Positions 1-7,847 of a stretch of 27,560 bases of DNA are shown piece after piece. Under the pieces are notes generated by a model. That model searched no databases and was not told where the DNA came from. It worked only from the letters and a program-made list of their open reading frames with translations. The position numbers were made by a program, and so were the translations under genes. Within the stretch, counting starts at the first letter, position 1; each line of letters opens with the position of its first letter. The stretch is from a virus (taxonomy: Duplodnaviria > Caudoviricetes): the IMG/VR virus record IMGVR_UViG_3300017754_002232, positions 1-27,560 of that record. One strand, written 5' to 3'.

Positions 1-419
1 AACCCCGCAGGCACCAGACGGGCCTTGATTGCGCCGTCTTCGCGCACCACAGGATGCCCAGCGGCGTCGCTGTGGATCGTGCCCATGTAGGACACATCAT
101 CGGCGTCGGGATACTTGAACCGATAGGTGCCAGCCACGACATCGCCTGGCGTGTTGATGAGCGTCATCAGGTCGCGCGGCCGCCAGCTCAGGTCGTGGTC
201 GATGAACACGATCACATCGGCCTTGGCGTCCAGCGCCTTGCGCAGCATCGTGGCTCGAGCGGCCGAGATGTACGGATTGCCGACCTCGCTGACCATCGCG
301 TCATCCCACCCGGCGGCCTGGATGAGCGGCACAGACGCCTCAAGCGCGTCCAGACATTGCTGGTAGGGGCGCTTGATCGTCGGCAAGCAGAACACGACCT
401 TCTTCTTTGCGTCGGACAT
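1..419 (-). CDS. GT-A fold (GT2-like) glycosyltransferase, C-terminus runs off the window
   Basis: Not in ORF track; hand translation from ATG at 419: MSDAKKKVVFCLPTIKRPYQQCLDALEAS...YISAARATMLRKALDAKADVIVFIDHDLSW...GDVVAGTYRFK. N-terminal beta strand, AR helix and DxD motif (FIDHD) are typical of GT-A enzymes. Confidence 0.8.
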   Translation of the reverse strand, partial: MSDAKKKVVFCLPTIKRPYQQCLDALEASVPLIQAAGWDDAMVSEVGNPYISAARATMLRKALDAKADVIVFIDHDLSWRPRDLMTLINTPGDVVAGTYRFKYPDADDVSYMGTIHSDAAGHPVVREDGAIKARLVPAG

Positions 420-527
420 GGCGCCCTTTTGAGAATCTTTGGCGCGGAGTCCAAAAGCCCCGCGCCGGCCGCCCTTTCGGACAGCATGAACAGCCGGCCA
501 GCAGTTACGCCGGCCGGCCTGCGGCCA
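420..527 (-). promoter_or_regulatory. Structured intergenic RNA (three consecutive hairpins), possible attenuator or stability element
   Basis: On the minus-strand transcript: GCCGGCCGGCG-UAAC-UGCUGGCCGGC, GCUGUCC-GAAA-GGGCGGC and GGCGCGGGG-CUUUUGGA-CUCCGCGCC, all with G-U pairs. Confidence 0.45.
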
Positions 528-785
528 TCAGGCCGCGCCCTTCCACAGGCCGAGGCCCGTCAGGCAGGCTGCCACTTCAGCGTTGAACGCCGCTTGGTTG
601 CTCACCGCAGACGCCCAGCTCGTCGCCGAGACAAGGGACGCGGCTTGCACGGCTGCCGCGCGTTGCGTGGCCGGCGTGATGCCGTAGAAACCCATCTTGC
701 CCGTCGCGGTGCCCAGCAGGACGCCATCGGCGGCGTTGCCTTGGAACAGGTAGAGCTCGGTGGTGGTGCTATTCGGTGCGGCCAT
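528..785 (-). CDS. Small putative virion (capsid decoration/spike-like) protein, copy A
   Basis: 85 aa directly after the coat gene, strong RBS (AGGAGG); Ala/Gly/Thr-rich with GFYG.TP motif and terminal LTGLGL helix; paralog at 7550-7813. Function inferred from position. Confidence 0.75.
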   Translation of the reverse strand: MAAPNSTTTELYLFQGNAADGVLLGTATGKMGFYGITPATQRAAAVQAASLVSATSWASAVSNQAAFNAEVAACLTGLGLWKGAA

Positions 786-811
786 CTTGTGGTCCTCCTA
801 TGTCAGTTGCG

Positions 812-2068
812 TCAGGCGGCCACGCGGCAGGCAAGCTCGGGATAGAGCGGTGCCCAGCCGTAGAGCACATCCAGACGGGTCGGGATGCTGTCGTTGTTGA
901 TCGTGTACTGGCGCACGACGCGGATCGAGAGGCCCAGCTCCTTGTCCGACGCGCGGCCGGCGAAGTGGACGCCGTCGGGCATCTCGAGATCGGCCATCGC
1001 CAGCGTGAACGCATTGCGGTGCATCACGATGTTCTGCGGCGACACGGTGCCCACAGCCGAAGTGCCGATGCTGAACGGGGTGACCGTCGCGGTGGCCGAG
1101 GTCGTCGGGATCGTCACGTTCTGGAACTGGCCCGCCGTGATGATCGCAGGCGACACGGACACCGAAATCGTCGAGGATCCCGTGCCGGTCACCGTCGAAT
1201 TTACGACGAAGTTGCGCAGACGGTTCGACCCGTAGGCTTGGCGGTTCTGCGGGTTCACCGCGAACACGTTGCCGATGGTGATGACGTCACCCGCGCGCAG
1301 CGTCAGACCACCACCGTGCGTCAGGGTGATGGTCGACGACGATGCCCAGCCCGAGGAGATGCCGATGGAGGTCGTGTTCGCCGTCAGCGTCGAAGCGGTC
1401 GTGGTCCAGGCGCCGAAGGTCTGCGCCCCGACGTTCTGATCCATCTTCCACTTCATGCCGGCGCTGTCCACGCCCATCAGGCCCTTCTCAAACTGGTCGG
1501 AAACCTGCTTGGCGGGGTTAAAAAGGCCCTTCAGGCTGTCCACGATGGTCGCCGAGGTGAACGGCTCGACCAGGCACGAACGCCGGCCGTCGCGCGGGGC
1601 GCCTTCGGCGTCCAGATACGCCTGCGCCGTCAAGTACGTCAGCAGCGAGGTCGGCGGGGTGCCGGCCGTGCCCACGATGTTGGCGGTCTTCAGGCGGGCC
1701 ATGCCCAAGCCGTCGTAGTCGATCTTGTTGGCGATCGCGGCCACGGCGGGCTTGAGCACGCGGTCGCTGAACATGTCCAGCGACAGGGCCAGATCCTGCG
1801 TCGTGAACTGCGTGTCCACGTGGAACTGCGTGTCGAGCGTAACGGGCACGCTCGTCTCGTTGAAGTCTTCCACGTTCAGGTTCGGTCCGGTCGTGCCGAT
1901 GAAACGGCCCGGACGACGCACGTTGACCGTCGCGCCGATCTTGGCGCCCACCACGGCGAACTGGTCGTCGTAGTTGCGGTCCACCTCACCCGTGAAGGTG
2001 AGTTCGTTCTCGAGGACCATCAAGGCCTCGTTGGTGATCTTGCTGATGGTGAGCAAGGTGTTGCTCAT
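812..2068 (-). CDS. Major capsid protein, P22 coat (gene 5) family
   Basis: 418 aa; MSNTLLTISKITNEALMVLEN start, KIGATVNVRRP, and C-terminal RLDVLYGWAPLYPELACR typical of P22-type coats; follows scaffold. Confidence 0.95.
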   Translation of the reverse strand: MSNTLLTISKITNEALMVLENELTFTGEVDRNYDDQFAVVGAKIGATVNVRRPGRFIGTTGPNLNVEDFNETSVPVTLDTQFHVDTQFTTQDLALSLDMFSDRVLKPAVAAIANKIDYDGLGMARLKTANIVGTAGTPPTSLLTYLTAQAYLDAEGAPRDGRRSCLVEPFTSATIVDSLKGLFNPAKQVSDQFEKGLMGVDSAGMKWKMDQNVGAQTFGAWTTTASTLTANTTSIGISSGWASSSTITLTHGGGLTLRAGDVITIGNVFAVNPQNRQAYGSNRLRNFVVNSTVTGTGSSTISVSVSPAIITAGQFQNVTIPTTSATATVTPFSIGTSAVGTVSPQNIVMHRNAFTLAMADLEMPDGVHFAGRASDKELGLSIRVVRQYTINNDSIPTRLDVLYGWAPLYPELACRVAA

Positions 2069-2116
2069 GGCGATTCCTCTCGGTGTGTGTGATAAATCTC
2101 AGCCTGCGGCTTCGAT

Positions 2117-3082
2117 TCACTTGATCTTGCCGGCCCTGCGCATCTGCTTCCACTGTTGGTAACTGCCCCGAAATTCTCCGGTGCTGTCCACCTCAGCGGC
2201 AGCGCCCGCTGCCACGGCCTTGATGGGGGTGATCGGGGCGGCTGCGCGCGGCCTGAGCACGGCGGCCACAGGTGCAGGCGCGGGCGCCTCGGTCGTGTTA
2301 GGTCTGCCGGCCTCGAACCGGCCTTCCAGCTTGCCGATCTCGCGCAGTTGCGCGGCGACCGTCATGCCGGCGAGTTTTTTGCCCAGTTCCGGGTTCTCTG
2401 CAAGGTGGTACAGAATCCTCGGCCCGACCTCGGACTCAAGGATGGCGTCGCGCACGGCATCGGTGACCTGAACCTCCGAGGAGGTCACCATGTCACCAAA
2501 GTCGGGCATCTCGGCCTTGGCCTTCGTCACGCGGTCAGCCCAAGCGGTGATGACCTGCTGGCGCGTTTCGTTGGCCTTGCGATCTGCTTCTTCGGCCTTG
2601 ACGCGCTTGACCGCCTGGTCGGATGACCACTTGGCAAGCGCTCTCGCGTACTCAAAAGCATCGCTGAAGTCACCCGGCTGCGGCTCGGCGTCTGCCTGCG
2701 CGACCTGCGCGGGCTGGGCCGGCTCTGCGGCAGGCGCCTGTCCCTGTTGCAGCGCCTGGAGTTTCGCCTCCAGCTCTCGGACTCGGGCGGCCTCGGCTTC
2801 GGCTTTCGCCTCGGCTTCCTTGCGCGCCTTCGTCAGATCGCTGAAACGTCGCTCCAGCTTCGGATTGGGCCTTCTCTCGGGTTCGGGCTGCGCTTCCGCT
2901 TCGGTCTGCTCGGGTGCCGGCTCACTCTGGGCCTGCGCTTCGGCGGCCGGTTCCGGGGTCGGATCGGCTGCGGGCGGCGTCGGCTCAGCTAAGCCCATGC
3001 GCTTGAGCTGAAATTCGGCCAGATTGTCGCTCGTCACGACATGCTGGGCCTGGGGACGTTCTGCGGTTGCTGCTTCTGTCAT
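2117..3082 (-). CDS. Capsid scaffolding protein
   Basis: 321 aa between portal and coat; acidic Pro/Ala-rich N-terminus, coiled coil, GPRILYHLAENPE segment, basic C-terminal tail (YQQWKQMRRAGKIK). Confidence 0.88.
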   Translation of the reverse strand: MTEAATAERPQAQHVVTSDNLAEFQLKRMGLAEPTPPAADPTPEPAAEAQAQSEPAPEQTEAEAQPEPERRPNPKLERRFSDLTKARKEAEAKAEAEAARVRELEAKLQALQQGQAPAAEPAQPAQVAQADAEPQPGDFSDAFEYARALAKWSSDQAVKRVKAEEADRKANETRQQVITAWADRVTKAKAEMPDFGDMVTSSEVQVTDAVRDAILESEVGPRILYHLAENPELGKKLAGMTVAAQLREIGKLEGRFEAGRPNTTEAPAPAPVAAVLRPRAAAPITPIKAVAAGAAAEVDSTGEFRGSYQQWKQMRRAGKIK

Positions 3083-3129
3083 CGGTTGTCCGAAGGATTT
3101 GCCGGCATATCCTGCCGTGGGATTTCAAT

Positions 3130-3157
3130 ATGGTACGACAGATTCTTTCACTGTCAA
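3130..3157 (-). promoter_or_regulatory. Putative sigma70 promoter for scaffold-coat
   Basis: TTGACA-N16-TACCAT on the minus strand in an AT-rich gap just after the portal stop; spacer carries a GACAG...CTGTC inverted repeat. Confidence 0.5.
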
Positions 3158-3158
3158 T

Positions 3159-5294
3159 TTACTGGCGAATGATGAACGGATTGCCGGTGTCGCCGACATC
3201 CTGCTCGGCATACACGGCAGACGCCGCGAGCTCAATGTCTCTGCGCTGAATCTCTGCCCGCAGCGCGCTCAGATCGACGCCGGCGAGGATCAGCTTGGTC
3301 ATCGCATCCAGTTCGGCCTTGTTCTGACCGGCGATGGCTTGCACCGCAGTCTGGTTGGCCCGCGCCTCGTTGATCGTGTCGGTGTTGTGCGCCCTGCTGG
3401 TGAGCTGCATCAGCATGCGGCGGTCAGCGCCCTCTTGCTTGATGCCCTCGACATCCTGGCGCGTCTTGATCGCCATCTGCATGGCCTGCAGCTGCTGCTG
3501 CATGTCCTCAATCATCGCCTTCGACTGCGCAAGCTGCATCTGCACCTGGGGCGGGACATCGGATTTCTCGTCAATCTGCGCCAGCGGGTTCACCGCAGCC
3601 AGCCGGTCTGCGATGACCTCGGCGCCGGGAAAGTCCATGTTGCGGAACACCAGATCGCCAGCGGCCTGGAACAGTTGCTCGTTCGCGCCCAGCAGCGGCA
3701 GCATGGCTTCGACTGCCTGCATGCGCTTGCTCTGGTAGCCCGGTCCGGTGTCCATCACCACATCGAACTCGCCCACGGTGACATCGTTGACGACCTTGAA
3801 TGCGCCCATCGCTTCCTGCACGCGCTCATTGATCGTCACCAGATCGGGCTGGCCGTCGGTGCCGATGATGCGCATGACGCGCTGCTCGCTGTAGACGTAG
3901 GGCACGAGGTCCAGAATGATCTTGCCCGTGTGCCGGATGCTGCGCGTCAGGTTGTCGTAGAAATGGAAGTTCGTCATGTCGATCTGCTGCTGCTGACCGG
4001 ACAACGCCTTCCCTGAGATATTCCCCGTGGGCAGTTGCGACGGGTCCATGATGCCGATGACCGTCTGCAGGTCGAACGCGACTGTCTCTGCCGCAGCCAG
4101 CACGCCAGATGGAGGCGGTTCGGGCTGCAGGCGGGTCGGGGGCGGCGCCTGGCGCCCCTCGATGTCGGTCTGCTTGTAGCGCAACACCGGGGCCGAGCGC
4201 GTGTTCGCCTGCGCCCACTCGGTCTCATGGCCCTCATCTTGGCCCTCGGCGAGCAGCCACTTGGCCTTCGGCGCAAGCGCGACACTCTCGGTCATGCTGG
4301 TGCGCCAGAAGTTGTACATCCGCTGCGGGTCTTTGGCGTAGCGCACCAAGCCGATCTTCTTGCGCTTGTCCTCGACCGTCAGGCGCATGCCGTAGACGGG
4401 CACGACGGGGATGTAACGCCCGTCGAGATCGCGCTCCTCGAGCACCTGCAGCGCGGTGAGCTTGCACCACTTGAGCTGCTTCTTGACCGACGGCCGGCGC
4501 GCGACAATGTACACGCCGTCCTGCAGCATGACCTCCTCGCTCGGGGCCTCGCTGGCGAACACGCGCGTGCCATCGGACAGCAGCAGCAGCTGGTCGGCCT
4601 TGCGCTCAAAGTGGAAGTATTCGGCCACGCGGATGTCCTCGCGCATGATCCACTCGGCGTTCGCATCTCCCGTGCTGCGAGCTAGGAATCCGGTGCCGTC
4701 ATCCGCGTCGGGGTACATCGCGCGGAACTCGGTCTTCGACATCACGCTGGTCACCAGGCACTGCTCGGCGTCGCTGCCGTCAGGCGCGGTGCTGTGCGGG
4801 TCGAAATACACGGTGAACGGGTTGTCGATGGGCTGGATGAAAATTTCCTGCTCAAACGAGTCCTCGCGCACATAGTCCGTCACGATGCGCCAGTAACCCC
4901 AGCCCATCCGCACGGCGTACTCAAAGGCGTGGTCGTAGGCCGCGTCGGCGTTGCTGTTGACCTCGATGTGCCGCGTGATGCCCTCGAGCACCTGGGCCAC
5001 CTTCGCGTCGGCCGCCGTGTTCGTCGGATGAACCTTGATGCGCGGGCGCTGCTGGCGCTGTTGGTTGCAGACCTGGCGCACGTAAGCATCGACCTTGTTG
5101 ATCGTCAGGCACGGCCTGGCCTCGAGGTTGCGCGAGTTCTGGAGCTCCACCGGCCACTGGTCGCCGGCTGAGAATTTCAGATCCTCGAGCGCCTCGCGGC
5201 GGTTCGCGCTGTCGGCTTCGGCCACCGTGCGCAGCAGTTTCATTGCGGCGCTGATGCGCGGGTCATCGCTCATGTCGGCGGTCTGGTAGGCCAT
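3159..5294 (-). CDS. Portal protein, P22-like
   Basis: 711 aa after large terminase; EDLKFSAGDQW, RPCLTINK, YIPVVPVYG, KDPQRMYNFW motifs and Gln-rich C-terminal helical region. Confidence 0.95.
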   Translation of the reverse strand: MAYQTADMSDDPRISAAMKLLRTVAEADSANRREALEDLKFSAGDQWPVELQNSRNLEARPCLTINKVDAYVRQVCNQQRQQRPRIKVHPTNTAADAKVAQVLEGITRHIEVNSNADAAYDHAFEYAVRMGWGYWRIVTDYVREDSFEQEIFIQPIDNPFTVYFDPHSTAPDGSDAEQCLVTSVMSKTEFRAMYPDADDGTGFLARSTGDANAEWIMREDIRVAEYFHFERKADQLLLLSDGTRVFASEAPSEEVMLQDGVYIVARRPSVKKQLKWCKLTALQVLEERDLDGRYIPVVPVYGMRLTVEDKRKKIGLVRYAKDPQRMYNFWRTSMTESVALAPKAKWLLAEGQDEGHETEWAQANTRSAPVLRYKQTDIEGRQAPPPTRLQPEPPPSGVLAAAETVAFDLQTVIGIMDPSQLPTGNISGKALSGQQQQIDMTNFHFYDNLTRSIRHTGKIILDLVPYVYSEQRVMRIIGTDGQPDLVTINERVQEAMGAFKVVNDVTVGEFDVVMDTGPGYQSKRMQAVEAMLPLLGANEQLFQAAGDLVFRNMDFPGAEVIADRLAAVNPLAQIDEKSDVPPQVQMQLAQSKAMIEDMQQQLQAMQMAIKTRQDVEGIKQEGADRRMLMQLTSRAHNTDTINEARANQTAVQAIAGQNKAELDAMTKLILAGVDLSALRAEIQRRDIELAASAVYAEQDVGDTGNPFIIRQ

Positions 5295-5327
5295 CGTAGG
5301 CTCCTGTGTGTGGTTCGGTGGGCCGGA

Positions 5328-6605
5328 TCAGCCCATCCAGGCGTGCGAGTCAGCGCGCACGAACTGCGGCTGCGGCACGCGGCGCTGCGCCCTGCGCGGC
5401 TCGCGGATCATCAGCCCGATGTAGCGGAATGCGTCTGCACCGTGGCTGTACTGGTCATGCAGCGGGTTGCGGCTGAACTGGCCCGTGTCGGGATCGACCT
5501 CATAGCGGTAGTGACGCAGGCAGTTCAGGCCCTCGCCGGCATTCTCGCGGTCGAACCAGCAGTTGGCGAAGATGGTGCGCGCTGCGTTGATGCTGTCGGC
5601 AACGGGCACCTTGGGCAAGATGGACACATGATGCCCAGCTGCGCGCACGATCTCCTCGATGCTGCGCCCGTTGGCGGCCAGCGTCTTGTTCTGCGCGTCG
5701 TGCGGCAGGTGCATCGTGTCGTAGACGTAGCCGAACTTCTGCAGCTCAGCCAAGTAATACGTGATGGTCTTCTGGCTGTCCTCGATGTACCGGATCAGCC
5801 GCGTTTCCATGCCAATGAACTGCACGAACCAGATCGCCGTCTGGTCGCTCCAGCCCAAGTCCCACACCGCATGCACAGGCTTGACGGGATCGTAGGGCAC
5901 GCGCCCGATGCGGCCATCGATGTCGGCCATCTCAAGTTCGCGGGCGAAGATCGCGCCATCCACCGTCTGCCGGCAGACGCCTTCCCACACGGTTGCGTAG
6001 GCCGCAGGATCACGCGCTTTCAGCGCGTCTTTCTCGGCGCGCAGCGTTTCAGGAAACCACGGGTTGTCAGACCAGTTGATCTTCTGCACCACCGCGTTCG
6101 GCGGCGGGCTGACGACGAACCGCTGGTAGGTCTCGTCCTGCTCGAGCTCGGGGTTGAACGACACCCAGATTTCTGAGTGTTCCTTGCGGATGGTCGGGAT
6201 GAGCACGTTCCAGCTCATGCGGCTGACGGTCTGCGCTTCCTCGACCCAGCAGATGTCCACGCCCTCAAACGACTTGATGTTGCTGATGTTGTTCTTCAGG
6301 CCCACGAAGAAGAACTCGCTGCCATTCAGACCGCGAATGCTGCTCTGCGTGACCTCAAACAGACCCATCATGCCCATCGCGGTGATCTGATCCACCAGCA
6401 GTTTGTGGACCGAATCGCGGATGCTGGTCTGAAACTCTCGAGCGCACAGGATGCGCACCGGGGCCTGGGCGGCTTTGATTAACAGCGCCCGAGCGATGCC
6501 CCAGGATTTCGCGCCGCCTCGCCCGCCATACAGCACGCGATAGCGCGACCGGGGCGGGTCGAACAGGCAGGACAGCTTTTCAGGGAAGACGGCCTGGGCT
6601 TCCAT
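5328..6605 (-). CDS. terL: Terminase large subunit (PBSX-like)
   Basis: Walker A YGGRGGAKS, Walker B CWVEEA, SFNP motif, nuclease WDLG and HGADAFRY. Confidence 0.96.
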   Translation of the reverse strand: MEAQAVFPEKLSCLFDPPRSRYRVLYGGRGGAKSWGIARALLIKAAQAPVRILCAREFQTSIRDSVHKLLVDQITAMGMMGLFEVTQSSIRGLNGSEFFFVGLKNNISNIKSFEGVDICWVEEAQTVSRMSWNVLIPTIRKEHSEIWVSFNPELEQDETYQRFVVSPPPNAVVQKINWSDNPWFPETLRAEKDALKARDPAAYATVWEGVCRQTVDGAIFARELEMADIDGRIGRVPYDPVKPVHAVWDLGWSDQTAIWFVQFIGMETRLIRYIEDSQKTITYYLAELQKFGYVYDTMHLPHDAQNKTLAANGRSIEEIVRAAGHHVSILPKVPVADSINAARTIFANCWFDRENAGEGLNCLRHYRYEVDPDTGQFSRNPLHDQYSHGADAFRYIGLMIREPRRAQRRVPQPQFVRADSHAWMG

Positions 6606-6909
6606 CGGCGACCTCGGGCGCGGCCGCCGGCGCGGCGCTGGGCGTCGAGCCTGGCCGGATGAACTCCACGCGGATGCCGGCCAGTAGGGGCGACCCGTCT
6701 TCGTTGGCGACGGTCATGGCCTGCACGGATTTGCCGTCCACGCGGTCAATGAGCTCCTTGATCGCCCACGCCTCGCCCTCCTCGGCCTTGCTCACCAGTT
6801 GCTCGGCGATCTTGCGCAGGCGAGTTGGATCTTGCGTGAGCACCAGGCGCAGCTTGTCGTAAAACATCCGCTGCTTGGCGCCGTTGGCATTTCCGAAGGG
6901 TGCTCCCAT
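6580..6909 (-). CDS. Putative terminase small subunit
   Basis: 109 aa overlapping the TerL start; GAPFGNANG start and AIKELIDRVDGK helix typical of small-terminase-position proteins. Confidence 0.7.
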   Translation of the reverse strand: MGAPFGNANGAKQRMFYDKLRLVLTQDPTRLRKIAEQLVSKAEEGEAWAIKELIDRVDGKSVQAMTVANEDGSPLLAGIRVEFIRPGSTPSAAPAAAPEVADGSPGRLP

Positions 6910-6936
6910 TGTGCAATGCGCAAATCCTTGCGCTGT

Positions 6937-7080
6937 TTACTTTTTCTTCGCCGGCTTTGCCGCCGCCCGTTTCGTCGCGTAAGCGATAGCAATGGCCTGC
7001 TTCGGCGGCTTGCCGTGGGCAATTTCGGTCTTCACGTTCTTTTTGAACGCGGCCTCGGACTTCGACTTCACCAGCGGCAT
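6937..7080 (-). CDS. Small Lys-rich hypothetical protein (47 aa)
   Basis: Below the ORF-track cutoff; MPLVKSKSEAAFKKNVKTEIAHGKPPKQAIAIAYATKRAAAKPAKKK with GAGG RBS; 12 Lys + 1 Arg vs 2 Glu. Confidence 0.8.
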   Translation of the reverse strand: MPLVKSKSEAAFKKNVKTEIAHGKPPKQAIAIAYATKRAAAKPAKKK

Positions 7081-7091
7081 CTCGGTTCCTC

Positions 7092-7265
7092 TCAGCGCTT
7101 CTTAGCGGTCTTCGCCGACTCGCGGAACGCCTCGGCAGTCGGTGCACCCTTGGCGCCAGGCTTGCGCATGCGCTCAGGCGTCTTGCCGGCGGCCTTCTGC
7201 GCTTCAATGCGCTCGCGCTTGGCGTGGATGTTGGCGTAGAGGCCGGGAGGGGTTTTCAGCGGCAT
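7092..7265 (-). CDS. Small basic hypothetical protein (57 aa, GLYANIHAKR motif)
   Basis: Hand translation MPLKTPPGLYANIHAKRERIEAQKAAGKTPERMRKPGAKGAPTAEAFRESAKTAKKR; fills the gap in the operon. Confidence 0.8.
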   Translation of the reverse strand: MPLKTPPGLYANIHAKRERIEAQKAAGKTPERMRKPGAKGAPTAEAFRESAKTAKKR

Positions 7266-7295
7266 GTCGATTCCGATGCTGATTCTGGCGCGCGG

Positions 7296-7553
7296 TCAGC
7301 ACTTCCAACGCTTCAGCGCCGCCTTGGCACGTTCGCCGTCCTTGGCCTTGGCCGCGACAGCGCCCATACGGGCACAGAAACTGGCCTTGCGGCCCTTGTC
7401 GGCCTCGGTCTTGGGGTTCGGCGCTGGCGGCTTCAGGTTGCTGCCGGTGGCCGCATTGTACTTCGCTCGACCCTTGGCGGTCAGCCCAGCTCCTTGGCTG
7501 GCCGGCAGTTTCTCACCGCGACCGACGCTCAGGCTGACCGATTTCTTGGTCAC
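7296..7553 (-). CDS. DUF6321-like basic phage protein
   Basis: GLTAKGRAKYN..TGSNLKPP...RKASFCARM...ALKRWKC pattern; GTG start at 7553 overlaps the upstream TGA. Confidence 0.8.
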   Translation of the reverse strand: MTKKSVSLSVGRGEKLPASQGAGLTAKGRAKYNAATGSNLKPPAPNPKTEADKGRKASFCARMGAVAAKAKDGERAKAALKRWKC

Positions 7554-7813
7554 GCGGCGCCCTTCCAAAGCCCGAGGCCGGTGAGCGTAGCGGCGACCTC
7601 CGCATTGAACGCGGCCTGATTCGACACGACGCTGGCCCAGCTGGTGGCGCTCACAACGCTGGCGGCTTGGAGCGCGGCGGCTCGCTGAACCACGGGCGTC
7701 TTGCCGTAAAAACCGACAGTGCCTGCCGGCGTGGCGGTCGCTGCTGCGCCGATGATAGCGCCGTCGAGCTCGGGGTCGCTGTATGCGACGCCTACTGCGA
7801 TGCTGTTGGTCAT
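7550..7813 (-). CDS. Small putative virion protein, copy B (paralog of 528-785)
   Basis: 87 aa, GAGG RBS; last 54 aa are 47/54 identical to the post-coat protein. Confidence 0.8.
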   Translation of the reverse strand: MTNSIAVGVAYSDPELDGAIIGAAATATPAGTVGFYGKTPVVQRAAALQAASVVSATSWASVVSNQAAFNAEVAATLTGLGLWKGAA

Positions 7814-7847
7814 GGTGTGTTCCTCTCAGGTGATCGATTTTGCCGGA

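Noticed and set aside
528-7813. Twin genes as a diversity-generating retroelement TR/VR pair or attL/attR
   Set aside because: Differences are mostly synonymous and not adenine-specific, both copies are intact genes, DNA identity is low, and no reverse transcriptase or integrase is present
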